DNA of 63,968 nt, the filler included, from Klebsormidium nitens (taxonomy: Eukaryota; Plantae; Klebsormidiophyceae), in assembly GCA_000708835.1 (NCBI GenBank). It is 7 parts of 7 records of this genome, joined end to end, with 100 filler letters (N's around TTAATTAATTAA, not from the genome) between each part and the next. Parts side by side here need not be neighbours in the genome. Positions count along the whole stretch, not along the records: positions 1 to 27,378 come from DF237820.1; 6 more parts are not named here. The stretch is one strand, 5' to 3'. The notes below the pieces were generated by a model. The model was not told the origin of the DNA and ran no database searches. It saw nothing but the letters and a program-made list of their open reading frames with translations. The translations under genes were made by a program, and so were the position numbers. How positions within the stretch are numbered: position 1 is the first letter of the stretch; every line of letters starts with the position of its first letter. Below, piece by piece: positions 1 to 11,761 of this stretch.

Positions 1-279
1 GCCTTGCGAGGTGCGAGTCTCGAGAGTCCTTGACTGAATATGGAGCCTCTTCGTGAGTCCTAACTAATCAGTCTTTGGGAAGAAGGCAAGAAGACGCAAT
101 TTTTTGAGAGGCGCTCTTGCTGAGGTGATCCCAAGGCGTGCTGAAAAGCTTCGCATGGTTTCCGCACATGTGAAGTAGACAGGCAGCGTGTAAACCCTGT
201 CCAACCGTCACACCATTCGATCCCTCCGCACGTTCAGCTGGTTCAAGCTCTGCTCGAGAACGGGTGCTTCCATCCGCAA

Positions 280-750
280 TTGGAGACATGGGTGGCATCT
301 GTGGATATCAAGCGCACTTATGACACTTTCTGCGCACAGATGGATATCAAAGAGGATCACCATGTCGACGTCAATGTTTTGATGCGCTCCCTGAAAGGCG
401 TCTTTCACACGAGGGCACAAGCGCGTACCATTCAGGGGAAGAGAACGCACAAGGGTTGGTGGTTTCCCCCACAAGGGGATATCTGCAAGGCGCTTCGTGA
501 TGGCAAGCTGATGAGCTCGACAATCGAATGGGTTGATACTTGGCAGCGAGTTGATTATGACGAGGACAAAGACGGTCCATGGATTGCGGCTTCAAACGAG
601 CCTTGTAGTGATTTAGAAAAGCCTCAAGAGCTCGATGTTGATGCCCCGTGCTCGTGTTGTGGAAACGGTCATGGGTGGAGGTTGAGGAGGTATGGTGATG
701 GGCATATCGAGACGCGTGAAGAGAAGAGCGATCGACCGGCTAATGATTAA
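280..750 (+). pseudogene. Hypothetical ORF, possibly the C-terminal winged-helix remnant of a viral/Polinton-type primase-helicase
   Basis: The ORF track start at 280 is TTG. The frame stays open upstream to a TGA at 142-144 and reads ...SIPPHVQLVQALLENG... then VDIKRTYDTFC...RTIQGKRTHKGWWFPPQGDICKAL. This resembles the S(I/L)xP...LLExG and R...GKR...(W/Y)xFPP...CxxAL pattern at the C-terminus of D5/NrS-1-like primase-helicases. No helicase motifs are present in the window. Confidence 0.3.
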
Positions 751-760
751 CGAGTACCTA

Positions 761-2505
761 TCTTCTCATTACCCCTTCATTACTCTTTTTACACACACAC
801 ACCACATGATCGAACCCATGGAACAATCCAAGAACGCAAGAGTGCATTACCCCATTACCCTATTACCCCTCATGTTTGTATGTATGTGAACAGATTTCAA
901 CACTTCGAATGCCCAACATGCTGTTTAGAAAAGAACTGGACCTCTTGAAGGTGGGTAATGAGTAATGAGTAATCAGAACTTATTTTACGCATTACTCTCT
1001 TATTACCCTCCTCTACCACACAACACCACATGATCGAACCCATGGAACAACCCAAGAACGCAAGAGTACATGCATTACCCCATTACCCTATTACCCCTCA
1101 TGTTTGTATGTATGTGAACGAATTCAACACTTCCAATGCCCACCAACATGCCGTTTTCAAAAAGAAACGGNNNNNNNNNNNNNNNNNNNNNNNNNNNNNN
1201 NNNNNNNNNNNNNNNNNNNNNNNNNNNNNNNNNNNNNNNNNNNNNNNNNNNNNNNNNNNNNNNNNNNNNNNNNNNNNNNNNNNNNNNNNNNNNNNNNNNN
1301 NNNNNNNNNNNNNNNNNNNNNNNNNNNNNNNNNNNNNNNNNNNNNNNNNNNNNNNNNNNNNNNNNNNNNNNNNNNNNNNNNNNNNNNNNNNNNNNNNNNN
1401 NNNNNNNNNNNNNNNNNNNNNNNNNNNNNNNNNNNNNNNNNNNNNNNNNNNNNNNNNNNNNNNNNNNNNNNNNNNNNNNNNNNNNNNNNNNNNNNNNNNN
1501 NNNNNNNNNNNNNNNNNNNNNNNNNNNNNNNNNNNNNNNNNNNNNNNNNNNNNNNNNNNNNNNNNNNNNNNNNNNNNNNNNNNNNNNNNNNNNNNNNNNN
1601 NNNNNNNNNNNNNNNNNNNNNNNNNNNNNNNNNNNNNNNNNNNNNNNNNNNNNNNNNNNNNNNNNNNNNNNNNNNNNNNNNNNNNNNNNNNNNNNNNNNN
1701 NNNNNNNNNNNNNNNNNNNNNNNNNNNNNNNNNNNNNNNNNNNNNNNNNNNNNNNNNATGCCCACCAACATGCCGTTTTCAAAAAGAAACGGACCTCATG
1801 GAGGTGGGTAATGAGTAATAAATAATGAGAAACTAGTTGCGCATTACTCTCTTACAACCCTCCTCTACCACACAGCCACCACATGATCTTACCCATGGAA
1901 CAACCCAAGAACGCAAGAGTGCATTACCCCATTACCCTATTACCCCTCATGTTTGTATGTATGTGAACAGATTTCAACACTTCGAATGCCCATGTTATTT
2001 TAGAAAAGAATTGGACCTCTTGGAGGTGGGTAATGAGTAATGAGTAATGAGAACCTATTTTATGCATTACTCTCTTATTACCCTCTCTACCACACACACA
2101 CCACATGATCGAACCCATGATCTAACCCAATAACGCAAGAGTGCATTACTCCATTACCCTATTACCTCTCATGTTTGTATGTATGTGAACGGATTCAACA
2201 CTTTCAATGCCCAACATGCCGTTTTCAAAAAGAAATGGACCTCTCGGAGGTGGGTAATGAGTAATGAGTAATAAGAAACTATTTGCGCATTACGCTGTTA
2301 TTACCCCCTCTACCACCCACACACCACACTGACATGATCGAATCCATGGAACAACCCAGGAACGCAAAAGTGCATTACCCCGTTATCCTACCCCTCATAT
2401 CTTTAAATACGTGTTTTTTTGAACTTCAGCTGCGCTCAGCTACTTGTTTCCAAACAAGAGAACGACTTGAAGACGTGGGTAATAAGGTCATGAGTAATGA
2501 GAACT
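761..2505. repeat. Tandem satellite of about 222-225 bp units rich in ATTAC(C/T) and GTAAT motifs
   Basis: The anchor GTGGGTAAT occurs at 951, 1804, 2026, 2250 and 2475 (spacings 222, 224 and 225 in the ungapped part). Units share CCACATGATCGAACCCATGGAACAA and GTTTGTATGTATGTGAAC. The array spans the N gap at 1171-1757. Confidence 0.92.
1171..1757. other. Assembly gap (587 N) inside the tandem array
   Basis: Run of N flanked on both sides by the same repeat unit. Confidence 0.99.
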
Positions 2506-2767
2506 GTTTGAGCAGGGGACTTGGATTGGGGAGCACTTCCGGCAGTTCATGTACCATTTTGATCAATCAGAGTACATAACCCAATAATCCAGTTGATGGT
2601 GTACATTCCTCTGAGGATGCTACAAGTCCATCAATCGGATATGCCATCGCTTTTGACGTTAGGGTGTTCTCCTCATCAGTGAAAAGAGCAAAACGTGTAC
2701 ATACTTTGTCAATCAGTGTCTCATCAATCAGCGTACATCACTCGAAATCTTAACTCGATTGGACAAA

Positions 2768-5700
2768 TTAATACAACAATTGGGTCCGCATTCCCACGGT
2801 CCACACGGCCGCCTCAATTGCAATGCTAAGCTTCGCGTCGTCGACTCGTCTTAAAGAGCTGTTATAGCCGCCAAGGAGCAAAGGCAATATCACCATGAGG
2901 TTGTCAAGCCCTGAATACCACCCCAGACTCCTGAAGCCCTTGAGAAAGCTATTGACCGACTCCACGGCCGACGTATTGACCCAGTGTAGTCCGCAGTAGC
3001 TCTCTGGACAATTGGAGGGGCCGCACTTGTGCACTTCGGCTCCAGCCTTCGCGTAGTGGATTTGCGTAGTGGAATCTGTGCATGAAAAGGTGTACATCAG
3101 CCTTTATTCGTACAACAAGAATCGATGTACACGTTTCGATCCAAGGATCACAACTCTCAGCTCCGGCGCAACTGCAAATGAGTTCCAATGTACACGCAAC
3201 GTTGTATGACTTTTCGCTTGGCAACAACGCCCTCTGCAAATAAGCCTTAACGTACACAAATTGTTGAAGCCCCATACCAGTACTTGAAAGGGCGCCTTCT
3301 CACCTGTCGACACTAAATCTAACGTTGGCAAAGTACCCCGGGGCCCTGCGCATGCAATAATTTCGACGCGCACACGCGTTGTCGTACACAAGGATCTCGG
3401 GCAGGTCCTCGCGTCTCAGCCGCGTGTACAGCACGGCAAACACGTCCCTTGGGCTCTCCCCACGCAGCATCGTGTGGAACCCGTAGCTCAATCTGTGGGG
3501 GCAACAAAACACAAAGACCCCCCGACTTCTATTCGGCCGCTTGCTGGCGTTTCCCTTCTTCCCCGAGAGCTTTCCGGCGGCCTTGACAAGCCCGAGTACG
3601 TTCTCGGCGTCCCATTCGGTCACCGACTTTCCCGTAGCGCATTTGAACTCTTCCGAGCTTCTGCTCCGGCCGTCCGGATGCTCAAAGCTTGAGTAGTGCG
3701 TCAAGCCCCGCTTCTGCTCCCAACCGGGAAGGGTGTAGCACGCCAAGGCGTCCTGCTCGGCACGGAAGCTATGCTCTGACGGAAGCGGATGCAGCCCGGC
3801 CCCCTCCTCGTCTCGTCCCAACCTCTCTCTTAAAAGTGAGCGCTCGTGATCGCTCATGGCCTCCCATTGCTCCGCGCTCGGCTCCAATCTCTCGATCCCT
3901 GGGAGCAGCTCGTTTGCCAACCCTCGCGCCTCGTCCAGCCGTCGGCGCTCCTCGATGCTCAGGGGGCGCCTTCGGGCCTCCGCAAGAAGGACGACCGCTC
4001 TTTCGAACGAGTCGATCGCCTTGTGCACCCAGCCTCGCCGCCCATTCACCTCGAACCCCGTTGCTCCCCTAGCAAGGAGCGCGAGCATGTACAGGTGATG
4101 GAGGGTGCGCATGAAGAACGCGGGAAACGTGAGCCCTCCGTACGAGTCCAGGAGCCGCCGCAAGACGGGCGCCTCTCGTCCCAACTCGCGGCGGTCCTCG
4201 AGAGAGGCCTCGCCGCCCAGCAAGAGCTTCCGGACCACGTGCAGCGTGGCAACTCCGATCAGGTCCTCGTCCGAATCGTGCGCGCCGAGGGAGTAGAGGA
4301 GCTCGGTCCACTCGCCAACCCAGTGCTCCCAGACGTTTGGGCTCAATCCCCGTCTCGCAAAGTCGGCTTGGATGCTCGTCAGCAACTCGAAGACGGCCAG
4401 GTTGCGGTCCCGCACCATGGTCCGCTGCTCAACGAGGAGGCGCCTCCTGCCGTCTTCCGGAAGCGGCCCTTCATCCTCACCAGGCCCAAATCGCTTCACG
4501 ATTCGAGGGTCCTCGTGAGCGAGCCCGTCCAGGAGCGCCTCAAACTCCGCCTTCGAAAGCCGTTCCCCTACCTTTTCATCCTTAGGGCGGTGCTGAGAGA
4601 GGCGCGCGATCGCCTCTCGTAGCTCCGGTTGCAATAAAAGCTTGCGCTTCATGCCGCCGCCCTCGAGGCCGGCTCCGCAATAGTCGCGCCCCGAAATCGA
4701 GCTCTTCTCGAGGAGCGTTCCGCTCGACTCTCGGCTCGGGTGGCAGAACGTACGTTGCGCGTCGAGGGAGGAGCTGCCAAGCCCCCCAGGCTTTTGCGCG
4801 CCGTCGGTGCTCGCCAACCCCACGATGCCGTCGCAAAGCAGCACCTGCACGTGTGTGCACAAGTGTACGTTCAATTTCGTGTACATCATCACATATGATG
4901 GACTGGGGGTACGGCCGACCACGCAACGTCCAGCACCTTCTTCGATTTCATTCAAAGACCATGGTCTGTAGGAGACCTGAGACAGCAGAGACGGCACGGA
5001 CACGAGCGTCTCGTGTCCAAAATTGATTGAAGTCTTGTGGGCTTTTACTCTCACCTTGGGATGGGGCCCGCATAGCGAGCAGCAGTCTCGTAGCCCGAGC
5101 CCGACCAGCTTGAAGAAGTCGAGGCTCGCCCTCCGCCACGTCTCCTCGCTCAAGACGGCCACTTCCGGCGACCGTTGGAAGGCCGCTTGATGAGTTGCTA
5201 GCTCGGCCTTGAAGGAATGGCCGTGCTGCATGCCCCGCAAGAGCAGTTGCAAGCTCTCTTGGACGAAGATCGTCCTGCGGTTCCACGTGAAGAGCCCCAA
5301 ATGCTCGCCATCGAAGTGGATCGCGTGCGCCGCGTTGAGGCACTGACAATGGTACACTCGCACCCGCACTTGTTGGCTCCATTGCGAGGCCGTGACGGCC
5401 GCTTCGACCCACTGCTCGACCCACGAACCGCCACACGCTGGGGGGCCCAAAGGGCAGGGCGCGCTCAACAGGCCCTTCTCTGACAGCTCCGCAAAGTGGC
5501 AATCCCTCAGCTTGCTCACGGGAACAGGGCGGTTGAGCGAAGTCACGAGCGGATCGTGAACGGCATGCGCGTCGCTCAGTCGCGCCAGCTTGGGCCTCAA
5601 GACTTGAACGGCCTCCGTTGTCAGAAGCATGACGGGGGCGCGAACCCGCGAAGCCTCTCCGTGCTCGCATCGACCGCCCGCGGATGCCAGGGAGGCCATC

Positions 5701-7677
5701 GAGCAGCTCGTGCACGCGTCGATCCAACCCCGGATCGCCTCCTTCCCCCTTGCTTCCGTTGGCGGCCGAGCGTCCCACCCTACTCTTGTTGCTGGCTGCG
5801 AGCCCTCTTTGTGCGCCTCCCAAAAGGTCTTGTTCCGCCTCGCCCGTTTGCGAGGGGGCTGCTCCTCAACCAACCCCCCCTCCCTTCCACGGTCGCCCCC
5901 CTTGCTCCCCCAATCATCAAAAACGTGTGCGACGGCCTCTCCAAACAGCCGATCGTGCTGTTGACAGAAGCACGAGTCGCCGGCGCACTTTGCCGGCTCG
6001 TGGGGCCGCTTCTCGAGCAACTCAACGAGGTACCGCTCCTCCTCCGATAGCCCCGCATCACCCCCCCCTTGCGAGGAGGGACCTGCCGTGGGCACCCCTC
6101 CAATCTCCGGCAACTTGGACCCGTTCCATGCCTTGAGCCAGTCCATCGCGGCTCTCGACAGGGGCTCCGAGAGCCTCAGGATCAGCTGGTCGGCCATGGA
6201 AACGTCTCCTTCATCCGACCTCAGAGCCTTCTTTGCCGCCAAGACGTGGGAGCAATCCACGAGGCTTGGGCAGCCGTCCCGCTTGCCCTCACAATACCAC
6301 GCGCCCTTGCTGCTCCGAAACAGCATGCGCCTCTTCGGGCCCGGAGCCCCTTGGAGGTTCTCGGCCACGGCAAAGTAGCTCCCCGTCGCGTCCACTCCGA
6401 TCCGTTCGACCCTCGCCCCCCTGCCGAACGACTCGTGAGTAGGCGGCTCCGCCGTCGGGGCCCAACTTTCGCTGATGGCCGCCATCGCTAGCTTGTGAAC
6501 GCAAGGCGCGTTCTCCATGAGCCGACCTCTATGATCGCAGGTGCAGCAGAGCTCGCCGAGCGTGCTCCACCAGACGGTCTCTGGAAGCGCGTGGGTCTTC
6601 GATGGCTTCCCCAACTCCTTTGGTCGGCCCTTTCCGTTGTGATCCCAAGCACTCATGTAGAGCCTAAGCGGAGGTGATGCCGATTCCGTCGGTAGGTAGA
6701 CACGGGCCAATCCCTCGGGGGACGCCATCATTTCGAGGTAGCGCACCCCCTGAGCCTTGATGCCCAGCGCCGACCCCTCCTGCAATGCACTGAGGAGGGA
6801 GCACGTCTTTGAGAAAGACCTCCTCGCCATTGTGAGGCAGCATCAAGAGTATAGATCCTTTTGAATCGGTGTCTCTGGTTTCAAATAATCGAGACACTTT
6901 GTGGCCGCACAGCTCAGAATCATCGTGAAGCAACCTCAGCAGAACCGTGAACTCTCTGGAATGGCGATGACGGCGATTTGCTCCTGCGATGTAGCAACGA
7001 TGGCATTTCAAACGAACTGGGCAAAACGAGATTGCAGCACACATTTTGTTGTGATGTTCATCAAGACTTTTTTTTTGAGAGCTCACCTCGGTGTTCGTTT
7101 CTTCCGCAGCGCCTTTCGCCCTTGGCCGCACCCCTTTTGCCATCCCTCGCCTGCCAATTTGGGAGGCCGCCATGGCAACTAGCCTCTGCACTGGCATCGT
7201 TCTCGCATTCTCTCGACAGAGGAAGCTCAGCAGATCGTCCGTGAGCTCGAGGGCCTGGCTCCAAGGACTTCTTCGCGTCTCACGCCGCAAGACGGCCGTG
7301 TCTTGTCCGCCATCCTTTCGTTTGCTCAACGTGACCAACAGACCATCAGTGCTCTCCGTCACCACGCCGAGCAGTTTGTGGACGCAGCTCAAGCACACAA
7401 TCTGCTTGCATTGCTTCGACTTTGGAATCTCAGCGCTGATGAGGTACCCCATCGAAGCACCACGATCGCCTTTGCGGAACTTGAGCATCAGCAACCCTGC
7501 ACCCCCCTTGCTCTTCACCCAAACCTGATGCAAGCACGTCAAACACCTGACAGCAAAACGCTCCTTGCAAGTCTCAATGTCAACCCTAATCTCACCAGAC
7601 GTGATGCTCTCGACAGTACCTTGCTCTATGTGGGCCAACACACTGCTGAAATGCTGAAGACTAGCTTGGGACTCCAT
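2768..7677 (-). mobile_element. KDZ (Kyakuja-Dileera-Zisupton) superfamily transposase gene with SWIM fingers and CxC domain, spliced, probably inactivated
   Basis: SWIM-like CCTCDH...PCVHKLA and WYC...DCSHVLAA; CxC-like YHCQC...HFDG; then C..CGPHPK|VLLCDG, GVFVFCCPH...GESPRDVF...VYDNAC...VDR|FH...HKC...NTSAVESVN, which gives the KDZ D-D-E core. GT-AG introns at 7086-6780, 5054-4845 (210 nt, in frame, stop-free) and 3303-3076 join the ORFs. A 13-nt duplication at 3051-3076 frameshifts the last exon. Confidence 0.85.
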
Positions 7678-8424
7678 TGTTACCACCCCTTCCTTGGTCT
7701 ACTCTAAGGGGGGCGGACCTCCCTAAGCTCCGTGCGCCTCCACCCTGTCTGCTGCTACCCGGTCCGGATTTACTACCGGGCCATCAAACCTGCCTTTTGG
7801 ACTCAACTCACTCTCCCTAAGTGCCTCAGCCCCGACCTCGGCTGTTGGTACCCGGTCGCTTGGCCCTAAGTTCCGATCGTTCGACGCATCAGTGATCGAA
7901 AGTGTCCAACAATCGTCGTGGGGGGTGCCTACGTGGCATCCTCTACGGTACATGCGACGAAATTTACCGTCACGGCCGAATCCGGCATGAGCGTTAACGC
8001 ATTTTCACCGATCGATCCGTCCTGATCAATCTCGGCCGTTCATTTTAGTCTCAACTTCATTTGGTAGGCCCGCTACCTTTCAAGTTTTGTATTGAATTTG
8101 AAAGGTTGACCGTTACCAGTGACGTCGGGCACGACGTTGGGATGGCCGAGTCTACATTCAAGGTTCAAGTAACGATGAACCGGCGAGCTCTCTCGATACG
8201 GCATGACCGTCGCAGTACTGTTTGGTTCGTTGCGAATTGCCTGGCCGGTTCATCGTTGCGCGGGCAACTCGCCCGGCCGGGCCGCCGCACACTGCTATTA
8301 CCTACTCGGAGGCAGGCGGCCTTCGGCCGGAGCCCGGCGGGCCACGGCGGCCGCGGTCCTGCCAGCCCCTCGGCTGCGCCGCCGGCGAGTCCTGAACCTC
8401 CTTGAAAAGCAATTTTCTGTTCCG

Positions 8425-8431
8425 ACGTGGC
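8425..8431 (+). promoter_or_regulatory. ABRE-like element (ACGTGGC) upstream of the LEA gene
   Basis: ACGTGGC lies about 470 nt before the LEA ATG, with a near-match GACACTTGGC (~8453) and a TGACGTCA palindrome (~8490) nearby. ABREs upstream of LEA genes are established in plants, but short motifs also occur by chance. Confidence 0.3.
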
Positions 8432-8897
8432 ACTGCTTTTGCATGTTTCGCTGACACTTGGCATTCTATGGATAGCCATGGGGTGAAAATGACGTCATTG
8501 AAGTGCGCCAGTTGCAGGAGGTACGTGAGCACAAGCCTGAAGTTTGCATGCTTGCCGAACCAGACTTTGCTGCACTCTTGTGGACCGTGGTGCACTGTTT
8601 GCTGAGTCAGACGGGCATCCCCGCTCAGATGGAGGCAGATGGCGCGTTCTGAATGGCTTCTCAAGCAAGCCGGAACTCGAGGCTAGGATGGAGTGTCTCG
8701 GACTCCTTATTAGGCCTGCTCAGTGCTGGCAATTGCACCTACTTGACCTCGGATTGCAGTTGAAGGTCAGCTAGGTGTCCGTGCATTCCCTTCATTCAGA
8801 GGCACATTTCTGCAGGTTTTGCTTGTGGATTGAAGGTTTTTATTCCTCCCTTCGCAATTGCAGACTTCAGCTCGATTGAACGCTTCAGCCTGCAACC

Positions 8898-11761
8898 ATG
8901 CAGCCTGCAAACATGGCAGAGGTTGATACCACACCGCTGATCATCAGGAAGGAAACCCACGTGTCACAGTCTCCAGCAGGATCAGTACCCGTGCGCAGGC
9001 CTCCTGCCGACAAGGGGTCTCGGCAGGCAGCTGCACAGTGGACAAGGGCGTCGATTGTGCTTGCTTCTGTCCTTGGAGTCGCCCTTCTGGCATACTTCCT
9101 GGCCCCCTCTAATCAGGCCCACCAGACCAGTGTCACGGACAACGTGAAAGATGCAGCAAGGCAGGCGGGACAGACAGGACGGGCATACCAGGTGAGCAGC
9201 AGAATGCGGTTGTATAAAACCTGGCCAGTATCATTCGCTATGCTTGGTTGAATTAAGCTCGGATTCGTATCTTTGAAATTTCCTTGCAGATTCATAGCAT
9301 ATTTCAAGACCAATCCGGCAAGCAGAAGATTTTAGCTTTTGAAAAGCAGGCCTTGTGACGAAAAGTTCAATTGGATTGCCTCCCTTCTGCTGCATGCATA
9401 TTGTGCATGCATCGATTGTGAACAGCTCAACACATTTCCCCGCAGAACGAAGCCCAGAAGCAGGCTGGTTCAGCCTACAAAGCTGCCCAGGACACAGCTT
9501 ATGACACATCAGCCAAAGCGGGTCAGGCATGGCAAGACACAAAGAAGCAGGCAAGCACACACTTGCAACCATATGATCTTTGAGCTTGAGAACATCCAAT
9601 GCTAACCTAGTTCTGCTTGAGAACACCCAATGCTTAAGTAGTTTCTCTGAGATTTTCTTTTGCGCAAACTGTTATGTGCATGCCTGAAAGCCAGGGTGTT
9701 TGATGGGTGTGGATCAGGGTTTGCATGTTACACATTCTTGCTTGGAAGACCAAACTTTGATAGGTTGTGACTTGTGACCAGCGTTCTGTTGGAAAGAGCA
9801 AGCTCAATCATCTTTTTGCTTGGAACTGATGTTCAGATGGCTTCAAGCAGCTAATCAGCATCCTTTTTGTTTGCAGGCCCAGGGTGCTGCTGGCTATGCA
9901 GAGAAGCAAGGCCGTGACTGGTGGAACACTCTGACGTTTGGTCTCCTCAGGGCCCGGTCTGCAGCAGACGAAACAGCTTCTCAGGCAGAATCGAAGGCAA
10001 GGTCCTACTCAAACCAGGCACAGGATGTTGCTGACAAGACATCAAAGAAGGCTGGCCAGTACGCGGACAGCGCACAGAGGAAAGCCGGAGAGTACGCAGA
10101 CAGTGCTCAGCAAACGGCTGGGGAGGCTGTGGATGAAGCTCGCCGCCAGCGTGACCAGGTGAGGATGAGCTGCATTTGAGTGGTTCGAAACTTTGTATCT
10201 GTTTCATCTGGTTTCTTTTCCACTGATGCTTTATGAGGAACACAAATGTTTTGAGTGTATGCCACTTCTTTCCTGCATTTTGCCCAGATGCTATCATCAG
10301 ATCTCCTTACAAGTCAGGCTTCATGAATCTTAGCAATCGCTTCCATAAGTCAAGTCAAGTGCATTTAACTAGAGAACGCCTTGTCAGATGATTGCAATCC
10401 GTGCACTGTAATTGTTTTGGCCAGAGAATATATACATACCTTGATGTCTGAACGCATACCAATATTTTGCAGAAACTTTGTTTTAAGATTCTTCAATCTG
10501 ATGTAGCTGTCAGCTGTAAAAACGATTTACAAACTTGCCTCTCTTTTAAGTTCCATGCTAGTAATGTGTTTGTTCACACACGCTGATAGGCATTTCTTAA
10601 GGAACTTTGAGCTCACTCTTCTCTTGTTCCTCCACACAGGCTGTGAACGCTGGGTATGGCCTGTGGAACAAGCTCAAGAACCTGATCTTCAGGAACGTCA
10701 ACTACGCCAGCGACCAGGCCAACTGGGCTTCTGACAAGGCTGCAGACTACGCTGGCCAGGCCCAGGACACCGCGCAGGAGTATACCGATGCTGCCAAGAC
10801 CGCCGCTCAAAGGGAAGCTTCCCGCGCCAAGGGTAAGGCTGGTGATGCCGCCCAGTATGCTGCTGACACCGCGGCCGAAGCCAAGAGGAAGGGAAAGAAC
10901 GCTGCTCACCACGCTCAAGACACTGCGTACGAGACAGCGGAGAGCGCGAGGCAGACGGCCAGGGACACTGCCCAGTATGCCTCAGACACCGCCTACCATG
11001 CCAAGCACAAGGGGGAGCAGGCTGCGGAGTATGTTAAGGACACTGCGTATGCGGGTGGGGAGGCTGCAGGTCAGGCAGCCAAGAAGGGTGCTCAGTACGG
11101 CAGGGACGCTGTGAACTATGCCGCTGAGACTGGGGAGGCAGCTCGGGATGCCGCAGTCAAGGGTGGCAAGAACGCTGCTCAGTACACCAAGGACACGGCG
11201 AACGCTGCATACGAGACGGCGCAAGGAGTCGGCCAGGGCACCAAGGAGACCTTCGAGGACGCAGCTGAGTACGTGGAGGAGCTGGCCGAGGGGGCTGTGG
11301 ATCAGGTGGGTTTGATTGGTCCATCAAACAACAGTTTGTTATTCCGTGGTCAGCACGTGGCCTGCTTTCGAGGAGTCCTGATGTAGAGGCAAAATTGGCT
11401 TGCTTTTGGACTTTGAAAGCTTTGCGATGCAAGGGGTAAGTCCGATTTCATCTACCTTTTTAGGAGCTTTCAGTTGCTTCTCTTCGAATTCGGAATGCGA
11501 TTTCCTGTACGAGAGTCAGCTGTTGAATCGTCTGCCATTGAAGTTCCTTTGCGTCGCCTCCTATAGGCTTATCGCGCGGGTCAGAAGGCGCACAAGTACA
11601 CCAAGGACGCTGCCACGCAAGCTGGAGAGGGGTTGGGCAACATCAAGGACAAGGCCCAGTATGTGGCAGGCGAGACAATCGAAGCTGCAGGTAGAGTCGG
11701 CGAGTCAGCCGCCAAGGCCACTCAGAAAGTGGGAAAGAAGACGAAGGGACAGGCTGTTTAA
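8898..11761 (+). CDS. Late embryogenesis abundant (group 3/LEA_4-like) protein with an N-terminal hydrophobic segment, 5 exons, 513 aa
   Basis: Exons 8898-9191, 9446-9550, 9877-10158, 10640-11305 and 11567-11761 are all phase 0 and join in frame. The protein has Ala/Lys/Thr/Asp/Tyr-rich 11-mer-like repeats (e.g. AAQYAADTAAE, AAQYTKDTANA) and a TM-like ASIVLASVLGVALLAYFL. Intron 2 is GC-AG. Confidence 0.85.

Noticed and set aside
1030-1825. Long ORFs of 200-260 aa in the ORF track
   Set aside because: They are read-through of the N gap inside a satellite, not genes.
761-2505. CRISPR-like array
   Set aside because: Whole 224-bp units are repeated, there are no unique spacers or cas genes, and the context is eukaryotic.
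2510-8100. Terminal inverted repeats or TSD for the KDZ element
   Set aside because: I found only short same-orientation matches (TGATCAATC; CCCTAAG x3 at about 7720-7870) and no convincing inverted termini.
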